From an uncultured Coriobacteriaceae bacterium (GTDB taxonomy: Bacteria; Actinomycetota; Coriobacteriia; Coriobacteriales; Atopobiaceae), in NCBI GenBank assembly GCA_900552935.1, contig USBN01000004.1, positions 3,114-67,113 on the forward strand: a stretch of 64,000 nucleotides of DNA. Direction: 5' to 3'. Below the pieces are notes generated by a model. That model had not been told where the DNA came from, made no database searches, and was given only the letters and a program-made list of their open reading frames with translations. Positions 38,556-48,239 of the stretch are shown here, piece by piece; positions within the stretch are counted from its first letter, which is position 1; the number at the start of each line of letters is the position of its first letter. The translations under genes and the position numbers were made by a program.

Positions 38556-40991
38556 ATGACCGACCGTATCTTCGAGAATTCCGAGGTTTTTGTCACCGAG
38601 TATCGTTCCATGCTCGAGTCCCTCGTGGGCAAGGACTTCAAGGACTGCACCACGCTTGAGCAGTACCAGGCCCTGGCCCAGCTCATCGCGATGAAGGCGA
38701 ACATCGAGTTCGCCACCTCGGATTCCGAGAACAAGAAGAGCAACAAGAAGAAGGTCTACTACTTCTGCCTCGAGTTCCTGCTTGGCCCCCTGCTCGATAA
38801 CTACCTGCTCAACTATGGCGTCCGCGACCTGGTCAAGGACGGTCTTGCCAACATGGGCATCGACCTCGATGAGCTCATCGCCCAGGAGGTCGACCCGGGC
38901 CTTGGCAACGGTGGCCTCGGCCGTCTTGCCGCGTGCTTCCTCGATTCCATGGCCGCCGAGGGCATCCTGGGCTTTGGCAACGGCATGCGCTACCACTACG
39001 GCCTCTTCCGCCAGAAGATTGTCGATGGTCGCCAGGTCGAGGTGACGGACAACTGGCTCGACAAGGGTTATCCGTGGGAGACGAAGCACCCGGAGAGCGC
39101 CGTACTCGTGCGCTTTGGCGGCGAGGTCGTCCGCCACGAGGACGAGAGCGGCAAGTTCTGGTTCACGCAGGAGGGCGGCGAGCTCATCAAGGCCGTCCCG
39201 TATGACGTGCCGGTCATCGGCTATGGCGGCAAGACCGTGAACCGTCTCCGCCTTTGGAGCGCCGAGCCCGCGCACGAGGACTTCGACCTCGACGCCTTCA
39301 ACGCCGGCGACTATGCCAAGGCTGCGAAGTTCCGTACGGACGCCGAGGCCATCTCCGAAATCCTCTACCCCAATGACGCCGGCGAGCACGGCCGCATCCT
39401 GCGTCTCAAGCAGGAGTACCTGTTCGTGGCCGCGGGCCTCGCCTCGATCCTGCGTAACTACAAGTACGACCACGCGGATGCCGGCTGGGAGCGCTTCCCG
39501 GATTTCGTCGCCATCCACACGAACGACACCCACCCCGCCATGTGCGGCGCCGAGCTCATGCGTCTGCTCGTTGACGAGGAGGGCCTCGACTGGGATACCG
39601 CGTGGGACATCACCACGCGCTCCATCTCCTACACCAACCACACCGTACTTCCCGAGGCCCTCGAGAAGTGGCCGATCGACACCTTCCAGCGCCTGCTCCC
39701 GCGCCTCTACATGTACGTCGACGAAATCAACCGCCGCTACATGGAGAGCTTCCCGCGCGACATCGACAACTGGCAGGAGAAGCTGCGCAACACCGCCATC
39801 CTGTGGGACGGCCAGGTCCGCATGGCGAACCTCTCGGTGATCTGCAGCCACAGCGTCAACGGCGTGGCCGCGCTCCACACGGAGATTCTCAAGCGCGAGA
39901 CTCTGCATGACTTCTACGAGCTCATGCCCGAGAAGTTCAACAACAAGACCAACGGCATCTCGCCGCGTCGCTTCCTCGGCAACGCCAACCCGAGCCTTTC
40001 TGCCCTCATCACCTCGAAGATCGGTGACGGCTGGCTGGCGGACGCCGCCGAGCTCTCAAAGCTCTCCGCCTACTATGACGACGTCGACTTCCTCGACGCC
40101 ATGAGCGCGAGCAAGCGCGAGAACAAGGTTCGTCTCGCCAAGTATGTCCTCGAGCAGACCGGCGTCGAGATTGACCCGGATTCCATCTACGACGTCCAGG
40201 TCAAGCGCTTCCACGCCTACAAGCGTCAGTTGCTCAACATCTTCAAGGTCATGAGCATCTACAACCACATGCTCGATGACCCGAGCTACAAGCCGCACAA
40301 GACGACCTTCATCATCTCCGGCAAGGCGGCGAGCGCCTACACCTTCGCCAAGGAGGTCATCCGCCTGATCAACTCGGTCGCAGACGTCATCAACAACGAT
40401 GAGCGCGTCAACGAGTACATCAAGGTCGCTTTCATCCCCAACTTCGCGGTCTCGAACGCCCAGCTCATCTACCCCGCGGCCGACATCTCCGAGCAGATCA
40501 GCACCGCCGGCAAGGAGGCCTCGGGCACCTCGAACATGAAGCTCATGATGAACGGCGCCTTGACGCTCGGCACCCTCGATGGCGCCAACGTTGAAATCGC
40601 CGAGCTCGCGGGCATGGAGAACGAGAAGATCTTCGGCATGAAGGTCGATGAGGTCGAGGCCCTGCGCGCAAGCGGTACCTACTTCGCGCAGGACATCCTC
40701 AACGCGGACCCGAACGGCATCGGCCGCTGTGTGCGCCAGCTGACGGACGGCACGTTCGCTCGCCTCTCGGGCAACTTCGAGCAGATCAGCTCCGAGCTCA
40801 TGGGCAACAACGACTACGACTTCGTGATCGCGGACTTCGCGAGCTACGTCCAGGCTTGGGAGGAGCTGACCGCCACCTACGACGACCAGCGCTCCTGGCA
40901 GCGTAGGGCCCTCCACAACATCGCGAACTCCGGTCAGTTCTCGAGCGACCGCACCATCAGGGAATACGCCTCAGAAATCTGGGGGCTCTAG
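38556..40991 (+). CDS. glgP: Glycogen/maltodextrin phosphorylase
   Basis: GLGNGGLGRLAACF, NDTHP, EASGTSNMK and FSSDRTI motifs. Confidence 0.97.
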   Translation: MTDRIFENSEVFVTEYRSMLESLVGKDFKDCTTLEQYQALAQLIAMKANIEFATSDSENKKSNKKKVYYFCLEFLLGPLLDNYLLNYGVRDLVKDGLANMGIDLDELIAQEVDPGLGNGGLGRLAACFLDSMAAEGILGFGNGMRYHYGLFRQKIVDGRQVEVTDNWLDKGYPWETKHPESAVLVRFGGEVVRHEDESGKFWFTQEGGELIKAVPYDVPVIGYGGKTVNRLRLWSAEPAHEDFDLDAFNAGDYAKAAKFRTDAEAISEILYPNDAGEHGRILRLKQEYLFVAAGLASILRNYKYDHADAGWERFPDFVAIHTNDTHPAMCGAELMRLLVDEEGLDWDTAWDITTRSISYTNHTVLPEALEKWPIDTFQRLLPRLYMYVDEINRRYMESFPRDIDNWQEKLRNTAILWDGQVRMANLSVICSHSVNGVAALHTEILKRETLHDFYELMPEKFNNKTNGISPRRFLGNANPSLSALITSKIGDGWLADAAELSKLSAYYDDVDFLDAMSASKRENKVRLAKYVLEQTGVEIDPDSIYDVQVKRFHAYKRQLLNIFKVMSIYNHMLDDPSYKPHKTTFIISGKAASAYTFAKEVIRLINSVADVINNDERVNEYIKVAFIPNFAVSNAQLIYPAADISEQISTAGKEASGTSNMKLMMNGALTLGTLDGANVEIAELAGMENEKIFGMKVDEVEALRASGTYFAQDILNADPNGIGRCVRQLTDGTFARLSGNFEQISSELMGNNDYDFVIADFASYVQAWEELTATYDDQRSWQRRALHNIANSGQFSSDRTIREYASEIWGL

Positions 40992-41075
40992 GGATATACG
41001 GCCCCAATCGCCCGCACAACCTTCCGCGGGCGAAGGGCCAGGCATACCAATTACGGCGTGAAGGGGGAAGGACAC

Positions 41076-42224
41076 ATGGGCAAGAAGGAAAGCATCGCGA
41101 TGCTGCTTGCCGGTGGACAGGGAAGCAGGCTTCTTGCGCTCACGCGCAATATCGCCAAGCCCGCGGTCTCGTTCGGAGGCAAGTACCGCATTATCGACTT
41201 CGCGCTTTCCAACTGCGCGAACTCGGGAATCGACACGGTGGGCGTGCTGACGCAGTATCGCCCCTATCTGCTGCACTCCTACATCGGCACGGGTGCCGCG
41301 TGGAACCTCGATGCGCGCGACGGCGGCGTCTCGATTCTGCCGCCCTACGCCACCGAGACGGGCGGTAACTGGTATGCCGGCACGGCAGACGCCATCTACC
41401 AGAACCTCGGCTACATCGAGAGCTATGACCCCGAGTACGTCGTGATCCTGTCCGGCGACCACCTGTATCGCATGGACTACAGCAAGATGGTCGAGAGCCA
41501 TAAGGCCAACAACGCCGACCTCACGATCTCGGTCATGCCGGTCGACTGGGCGGAGGCCTCGCGCTTCGGCATCATCACCAAGAACGAGGATGACTCGGTC
41601 GCCAAGTTCACCGAGAAGCCCAAGAAGCCGGACTCCAACCTCGCCTCGATGGGCATCTATGTCTTCAGCACCGACGTCCTGCTCCGTTCGCTCCGTGAGG
41701 ACGCGCAGGACCCGCAGTCCGAGCACGACTTCGGCAACAACATCATCCCGAAGCTCCTCGTCGAGCAGGCTCGCATCTTCTGCTACGAGTTCCACGGCTT
41801 CTGGCGCGACGTCGGCACCATCTCGAGCTATCACGAGACCTCGATGGAGCTCCTCGGCCCGAACCCGGCGTTCGACCTGTATGGCAAGGAATTCCCGTTC
41901 ATGACGAACGCCCCGGTGCGCCCGCCGCACTACGTGGGCCCAGATGCCGTCATCGACGATGCGATTATCGCCAACGGCTGCCGTATCGAGGGCACCGTCC
42001 GCCACTCGATCATCTCCACGGACGCGCAGGTTGGCCCGCGCGCAGTCGTCGAGGACTCGGTGCTGTTCCCGGGCGCTGTCGTCAAGGAGGGCGCGCGTGT
42101 CGTTCGCGCGATTCTGGGCGAGAAGGCCGTCGTTGAGGCGGGCGTCGAGCTCGGCAGCGTTGATGTGACGAAGGACACGGCAGTTATCGGCGACGAGGTC
42201 GTCGTGGGGAAGGGGGAGGAGTAG
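41076..42224 (+). CDS. glgC: Glucose-1-phosphate adenylyltransferase
   Basis: [25 protein letters not shown] and FTEKP motifs. Confidence 0.96.
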   Translation: MGKKESIAMLLAGGQGSRLLALTRNIAKPAVSFGGKYRIIDFALSNCANSGIDTVGVLTQYRPYLLHSYIGTGAAWNLDARDGGVSILPPYATETGGNWYAGTADAIYQNLGYIESYDPEYVVILSGDHLYRMDYSKMVESHKANNADLTISVMPVDWAEASRFGIITKNEDDSVAKFTEKPKKPDSNLASMGIYVFSTDVLLRSLREDAQDPQSEHDFGNNIIPKLLVEQARIFCYEFHGFWRDVGTISSYHETSMELLGPNPAFDLYGKEFPFMTNAPVRPPHYVGPDAVIDDAIIANGCRIEGTVRHSIISTDAQVGPRAVVEDSVLFPGAVVKEGARVVRAILGEKAVVEAGVELGSVDVTKDTAVIGDEVVVGKGEE

Positions 42225-42227
42225 GCC

Positions 42228-43325
42228 ATGGAGACCGCGGTCGGACTCATCACCACAAACTATTCCGTCAAGCACCCGAGCGCCCTCACGAAGCCGCGCC
42301 CGGCGGCGTCCGTGCCGTTCCTCGGCCGTTACCGCCTCGTCGACTTCCCGCTCTCGAACATGGTCAACTCCGGCATCGAGACCGTCGGTGTGATCATGCC
42401 CTATAACTATCGTTCGGTCGTCGACCACCTCTGCACCGGTAAGGACTGGGGCCTCGATCGCAAGAAGGGTGGCCTCTTCCTCATGCCGGGCTCCGCGTTC
42501 GGCACGAGCCGCAAGGGCCCGCGCTTCCTGTTGCGCGACCTCATCGCCAACCGCGTGTTCCTCGACCGCGACAAGGCCAGCAATGTGGTCGTCTCTGCGG
42601 CGAACATCATCTATAACTACGACTATCGCGAGCTCATCCGCGTTCACAACGAGAGCGGCGCAGACATCACGCTGCTCACGAAGACCTACAGCTGCGAGGC
42701 CGAGGACGTCTCGAGCGTCTACACCGAGGACGGCCATGTCCGTGGCTTCACCTATGGCACGCGCTACGGCGACGAGGGCTTCCTTGACTGCTTCGTGGTT
42801 AAGCGCGAGAAGCTCATCGAGCTCATCGAGCGCTATGCCAACGTCGACTATCTCGACCTGTTCGAGGCCATCGAGCCGGATCTCCCGCAGCTTGACGTTC
42901 GTGCGCACAGGGTCGACATGTACACGGGCACGGTTTTCGACGCGCGCATGTATGCCAAGCGTAGCCACGAGATGCTCGACTCCAACGTCACCGCCGAGCT
43001 CTTCCCGCCTGATCGTCCGATCATGACGAAGGCTCACGATAACCCGCCCGCGAAGTATGAGAGCGGCGCCCGCGTCACCAACTCCATTGTCTCGGGAGGT
43101 TGCCGCATCCAGGGCACCGTCGCGGACTCGATTCTGTCTCGTCACGTCGTCGTCGAGCCCGGCGCCTCCGTGCGCGACTGCGTCATCATGAATGACTGCG
43201 TCATCAAGCGCGGCGCTCGCCTCGAGCACGCGATCATCGACCGTGGAAACGTCATCACGGCTGGCACCGAGCTTCGCGGCACGCCTGAGACCGTTCTCGT
43301 GAAGGAGAAGGGCGGCGAGAGGTAG
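42228..43325 (+). CDS. glgD: Glucose-1-phosphate adenylyltransferase subunit GlgD
   Basis: PFLGRYRLVDF and WGLDRKKGGLF; GlgC paralog lacking the GGxGxRL motif. Confidence 0.93.
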   Translation: METAVGLITTNYSVKHPSALTKPRPAASVPFLGRYRLVDFPLSNMVNSGIETVGVIMPYNYRSVVDHLCTGKDWGLDRKKGGLFLMPGSAFGTSRKGPRFLLRDLIANRVFLDRDKASNVVVSAANIIYNYDYRELIRVHNESGADITLLTKTYSCEAEDVSSVYTEDGHVRGFTYGTRYGDEGFLDCFVVKREKLIELIERYANVDYLDLFEAIEPDLPQLDVRAHRVDMYTGTVFDARMYAKRSHEMLDSNVTAELFPPDRPIMTKAHDNPPAKYESGARVTNSIVSGGCRIQGTVADSILSRHVVVEPGASVRDCVIMNDCVIKRGARLEHAIIDRGNVITAGTELRGTPETVLVKEKGGER

Positions 43326-44821
43326 TGAGTGGCCGAACCCGCAGGAAGCTTCGCGTGGTCTTCTGCGCCTCCGAGGCCGCCCCGTTCGTGAAGACGGGCG
43401 GCCTGGGCGACGTCGCCGGCTCGCTCCCCCACGAGCTCCGTCGCTGCGGTAGCAAGGTCAGCGTGATCCTGCCCAAGTACCGCCGTATCCCGGCGGAGTA
43501 CCGCGACAAGATGAACCACGTGGCCGATTTCTGGATGAACCTGGGCTGGCGCAACGTCTGGTGCGGCGTCGACCACCTCAACTATCACAGCATCGACTAC
43601 TACTTCATTGATAACGAGGACTACTTCGGCCGCGACACCATCTACGGCGACTTTGACGATGGAGAGCGCTTCGCGTTCTTCTCGAAGGCCATTACGGAGT
43701 GCCTGGGTCGCGTGCCGGAGCTTGCCGGGACCGACATCCTCCACTGCAACGACTGGCAGACGGCGCTCTCGTGCGTGTTCCTCCGCGAGTTCTACAAGGG
43801 CCTTCCCGGATACGACAACGTCAAGACGGTGTTCTCTATCCATAACGTGAAGTTCCAGGGCCAGTATGGCGACGAGGTCATGAGCGACATCTGCGGCCTT
43901 GCGGACACCGCTGCCGCCGGCCAGATGTATACGGCCCCGAAGACCATCAACTTCATGAAGGGGGCGCTCCTCTACGCGGACACCATCACCACGGTAAGCC
44001 CGACTTACGCCGAGGAGCTCAAGACCCCGTTCTATGGCGAGGGCCTCGACGACATCTTCCGCGATCGCGCCTGGAAGTTGCATGGCATCTTGAACGGTAT
44101 CGACACGCAGGAGTACGACCCCAGGACTGACTCTGGCATTGCCAGTCACTACTCCGTGGACGACCTCTCCGGCAAGGCCGCTTGCAAGGCGGCGCTGCAG
44201 GAGGAGCTCGGCCTCGAGGTCGATCCGAGCCGCCCTCTCGCCGTCATGGTGAGTCGCCTCACCAAGCAGAAGGGCTGCGACCTGGTCCAGTACGCACTGG
44301 GTCAGCTGCTCGACCGCTCGGTCCAAGTTGCCGTGCTCGGCACCGGCGAGAGCCAGTACGAGGATTCCCTCCGCTACTTCGACTGGAAGTACAAGGGACA
44401 GATGTGCGCTCGCATCGACTTCGACTCGAAGCTGTCGCATCGCATGTATGCGGGTGCGGACCTGTTCCTGATGCCCAGCCAGTTCGAGCCGTGCGGCCTG
44501 TCGCAGATGATCTCGATGCGCTACGGCACCCTGCCGGTGGTTCGCGAGACCGGCGGCCTCAAGGATTCCGTCGTGCCGTACAACAAGTTCACGGGCGAGG
44601 GGACCGGTTTTTCGTTCGCGAACTTCAATGGCGACGAGTTCGCTGCGACGGTTTTGAACGCCTGTGAGGTATTCTGGACTGACAAGGATGCCTGGGAGGG
44701 CCTCATGCGCAATGCCATGGGGGCCGATTTCGGCTGGCGCCGCGCTGCCAACCAGTATCTGGATGCCTACCATGACCTCCATCCCGAGGTGATTCCTTAC
44801 AACAAGAAGCGGAACCGGTAG
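43325..44821 (+). CDS. glgA: Glycogen synthase
   Basis: KTGGLGDV, HCNDWQT and EPCGLSQ motifs. Confidence 0.97.
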   Translation: MSGRTRRKLRVVFCASEAAPFVKTGGLGDVAGSLPHELRRCGSKVSVILPKYRRIPAEYRDKMNHVADFWMNLGWRNVWCGVDHLNYHSIDYYFIDNEDYFGRDTIYGDFDDGERFAFFSKAITECLGRVPELAGTDILHCNDWQTALSCVFLREFYKGLPGYDNVKTVFSIHNVKFQGQYGDEVMSDICGLADTAAAGQMYTAPKTINFMKGALLYADTITTVSPTYAEELKTPFYGEGLDDIFRDRAWKLHGILNGIDTQEYDPRTDSGIASHYSVDDLSGKAACKAALQEELGLEVDPSRPLAVMVSRLTKQKGCDLVQYALGQLLDRSVQVAVLGTGESQYEDSLRYFDWKYKGQMCARIDFDSKLSHRMYAGADLFLMPSQFEPCGLSQMISMRYGTLPVVRETGGLKDSVVPYNKFTGEGTGFSFANFNGDEFAATVLNACEVFWTDKDAWEGLMRNAMGADFGWRRAANQYLDAYHDLHPEVIPYNKKRNR

Positions 44822-44873
44822 AGCCCGTCGCCTGCGGAGCTCCCGGTGACCGCAGGACGGATGGGATAGAGAC

Positions 44874-47800
44874 ATGTGGGCACATCACGACAGTCGTGAC
44901 AGCCGCTATAGGATTCCGTTCGGTGCCGCCCCCGCGGGCGGCACCGTCACGCTTGGCCTCTCCATCGGCGGAGACTCTGGCGCGCATGTGGCCCTGCGCA
45001 CGTGGGTCGACGGCGAGGGGGAGGCCTTCGTCCCCATGACGGGCGAGCCCGAGGGCGATCACCTGCGCTTTTCGTGCGAGTTCACGCGTGAGAGCCCTGC
45101 GATCGTGTGGTACTCCTTCGTGATCGAGCGCTCTGACGGCAGGGTGCTGCGCTATGGCGCGCGCGATGGTCACACCGGCGGTGAGGGCATGCTCTGCGAG
45201 TGGCAGCCCTCCTCCTTCCAGCTCACGGTCTATCGCCCGCGCGAGGTCAAGCCGGAATGGTTTACCTCGGGCATCGTCTACCAAATCTTCCCGGACCGCT
45301 ATCGCCGCGGGGACGACTGGCGTGAACGCACACAGGCCGCCTGCCATCTCCACGGAAATGACTCCGCGGATGGCATCCCCGGCCCCAGGCGCCGCGTGGT
45401 CGAGGACTGGGACACGGACCCGTCCTACGAGAAGGACGCCGATGGCCGCGTCGTGGCGTGGGACTTCTACGGCGGCACGCTCGAGGGCATCAGGGGAGAC
45501 CTACGCCGTCTCGCCGACATGGGCGTGACCGTCATTTATCTGAACCCGATCTTCGAGGCTCGCAGCAGCCATCGCTATGACACGGCCGACTTCATGCGTG
45601 TTGACGCGATGCTTGGTGACGAGGAGGGATTCTCCAGGCTCTGCCGCGAGGCGGGAGAGCTCGGCATCTCGATAGTCCTTGACGGTGTCTTCAACCATGT
45701 GGGCGCGGACAGCCGCTACTTCAACCGCTACGAGACCTACCCCGAGCCTGGCGCCTGGCAGGCCCACGAGGCGGAGGTCGCCACTGGCAGCCCGGAGGCG
45801 GGCGAAGCCACCTCTCCCTATGCGGACTGGTTCAACTTCAACGACGACGGTACCTACGAGGCTTGGTGGGGCGTCGACGACCTGCCTGCCGTGAACGAGA
45901 CGAACCCTGGCTACCAGAACTTCATCACGGGGCCCGAGGGCGTCGTGCGCCACTGGCTCGCCGCTGGCGCGCGCGGCTGGCGCCTCGACGTGGCGGACGA
46001 GTTGCCGGACGAGTTCATCGAGGATATCAAGACGGCCGCCCTCGCGGAGCGCCCAGACGCACTCGTCCTGGGCGAGGTCTGGGAAGACGCGTCGAACAAG
46101 ATAAGCTATGGCAAGCTGCGTCGCTATCTGCTGGGTTCCGAACTCGACAGTGCGATGAACTATCCGTTCCGCACGGCGGTGCTCGACTTCCTTCTCGGCA
46201 ACGTCAGCGCGGCGGATGCGGCGGAGAGCCTCATGCAGATCGCGGAGAACTATCCGCCCGAGGCCATGGCTGCCGCGCTGAACCTGCTCTCGAGCCATGA
46301 TCGCCCGCGTCTCATGAGCGTGCTGGGCGGAGCCCTCGACCATCCCGACTGGCAGCCTTGGCCCGACGACTTCCCCGGACGCCTCACGGAGGCGCGCCGC
46401 GGCCTCGCCAAGGGCCGCTTCTGGCTCGCGACGCTCCTCCAGATGACCTACCAGGGCGTCCCTAGCATCTACTACGGCGACGAGCGCGGCATGGAAGGTC
46501 TCTGCGACCCGTGCAACCGCGGTCCCTATCCGTGGGACGGTGGCGACGCGGACTGCCAGGTGATGTATCGCAACACCACCCAGCTGAGGCGCGCCCTGCC
46601 CGTGCTCACGGATGGCATCGTGAGGCCCATCAACTGCGGCGACGATGTTCTTGGCTGGTGGCGTCTGCCTGCTGGCGCGAGCCTCGCTCCGCATGATGCG
46701 TCCGATGGCCCGAGCGTTTGCGTCCTCGTGAACAGGAGCCTTTCTGAGTCAAGGTACGCCTCCATTCCCAGCCGTGGCGAGCGTGCCGTCGACCTTATCG
46801 GCGGCATGGAGCTCAGGCGTGAGGGCGAGGCGGTCTCGTTTACGTTGCCGCCCCTTGGCAGTGCCGTGGTCTATTTTGATGACGAGAAGACCTTGGCTAG
46901 GCCTATGGACGCCGGCTGCGGCGTGGTTTGCCACGTCACGAGCATCCCCAACGGCGACAAGCCCGGTACGCTGGGCGCCCCCGCTCGCGCCTTCGTCGAT
47001 TGGCTTGCGTCCTGCGGGCAGCGCTATTGGCAGATCCTCCCCGTGAACCCCACGGACATGTACGGCTCGCCCTATGCGGGGTCCTCGGTCTTCGCCGGAA
47101 ACGAGCGCTTGCTCGAACCGGATGAGGACGAGCTCAGGCGTCGCTTCGAGGCGTTCGAGCCCGATGCCGCGTTCCGCGAGTTCGTGCAGATCAACAATGA
47201 CTGGCTCGAGCCCTACTGCTGCTTCGCCGCCATCGCCGAGGTGCTTGGCACGGAGGAGTGGCAGACCTGGCCGGAGGAGCTGCGCCACTATACGCCGGAG
47301 CTTGCGGATGACCCGCGCTTCAGTGCCGGCGTCGCATTCCATCGTTTTGCGCAGTGGGAGTTCGAGTGGGAGTGGATGGATCTGCGCGCCTACGCGAACG
47401 CCCGAGGCATCGAGGTCATCGGTGACATTCCCATGTACGTCGCCTCCTCCTCCGCTGACGTCTGGGCGCATCCCGAGCAGTTCCGTCTCGACGCGGACGG
47501 CGCGGCGGAGCTCCAGGCCGGCACCCCGCCGGACCAGTTCGCCGAGGAGGGCCAACTCTGGGGCAACCCCTGTTACCGCTGGGATGCGATGCGCGCCGAC
47601 GGCTACGCCTGGTGGATGCGCCGCCTCGCGCGCACCTTCGGCCTCTATGACGTGACGCGCCTCGACCACTTCCTGGGCTTCGAGAACTACTACGGCGTGC
47701 CCGCTGGCAAGGGGGCCCGTAGCGGCTCGTGGCTCGCGGGCCCGGGCGTTGACCTCTTCGCCCACGCCAGCTCGCTGCTGGGGCCGTTGCCGATTCTCGC

Positions 47801-48239
47801 CGAGGACCTCGGCTCGATCACGCCCGCCACGCGCGCCCTTCTTGCGCAGGTGGGTTGTCCGGGCATGGACGTTCTCCTCTTCGCTGACGGCGACGTGAGA
47901 GACGGGTGGCATCCGCACGCGGACAAGGTCGCCTATACCTCCACGCATGACACCTCCACGCTCGTGGGTTGGTGCGGGCAGAGGTTTGGCCTTGCCGAGG
48001 GTGACGCTCGCGAACTCGCCAGTCGTCTCATGCGTGACGCCTACTCGAGTTCCTCTCGCGTGGTCATGTGCACGCTGCAGGATGCGGCGCTGCTCGGCGA
48101 CGAGGCTCGCATGAACGTGCCCGGCGTCGCGGGCGGCAACTGGAGCTGGCGCGCCACCGAGGCGGATCTCGACGCCGCCGCGCCGCACCTTCGCGAGCTC
48201 GCTTCCCTGCGTCCCGAGCGCCAGGAGGATGGTCGCTAG
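44874..48239 (+). CDS. Fusion of a GH13 neopullulanase/amylopullulanase-like domain and GH77 4-alpha-glucanotransferase (MalQ)
   Basis: N-half: YQIFPDR, DGVFNH, GWRLDVA, GEVW, SSHD. C-half: WQILP, GDIPMY, GTPPD, RLDHF, AEDLG, THD, NVPG. Confidence 0.92.
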   Translation: MWAHHDSRDSRYRIPFGAAPAGGTVTLGLSIGGDSGAHVALRTWVDGEGEAFVPMTGEPEGDHLRFSCEFTRESPAIVWYSFVIERSDGRVLRYGARDGHTGGEGMLCEWQPSSFQLTVYRPREVKPEWFTSGIVYQIFPDRYRRGDDWRERTQAACHLHGNDSADGIPGPRRRVVEDWDTDPSYEKDADGRVVAWDFYGGTLEGIRGDLRRLADMGVTVIYLNPIFEARSSHRYDTADFMRVDAMLGDEEGFSRLCREAGELGISIVLDGVFNHVGADSRYFNRYETYPEPGAWQAHEAEVATGSPEAGEATSPYADWFNFNDDGTYEAWWGVDDLPAVNETNPGYQNFITGPEGVVRHWLAAGARGWRLDVADELPDEFIEDIKTAALAERPDALVLGEVWEDASNKISYGKLRRYLLGSELDSAMNYPFRTAVLDFLLGNVSAADAAESLMQIAENYPPEAMAAALNLLSSHDRPRLMSVLGGALDHPDWQPWPDDFPGRLTEARRGLAKGRFWLATLLQMTYQGVPSIYYGDERGMEGLCDPCNRGPYPWDGGDADCQVMYRNTTQLRRALPVLTDGIVRPINCGDDVLGWWRLPAGASLAPHDASDGPSVCVLVNRSLSESRYASIPSRGERAVDLIGGMELRREGEAVSFTLPPLGSAVVYFDDEKTLARPMDAGCGVVCHVTSIPNGDKPGTLGAPARAFVDWLASCGQRYWQILPVNPTDMYGSPYAGSSVFAGNERLLEPDEDELRRRFEAFEPDAAFREFVQINNDWLEPYCCFAAIAEVLGTEEWQTWPEELRHYTPELADDPRFSAGVAFHRFAQWEFEWEWMDLRAYANARGIEVIGDIPMYVASSSADVWAHPEQFRLDADGAAELQAGTPPDQFAEEGQLWGNPCYRWDAMRADGYAWWMRRLARTFGLYDVTRLDHFLGFENYYGVPAGKGARSGSWLAGPGVDLFAHASSLLGPLPILAEDLGSITPATRALLAQVGCPGMDVLLFADGDVRDGWHPHADKVAYTSTHDTSTLVGWCGQRFGLAEGDARELASRLMRDAYSSSSRVVMCTLQDAALLGDEARMNVPGVAGGNWSWRATEADLDAAAPHLRELASLRPERQEDGR

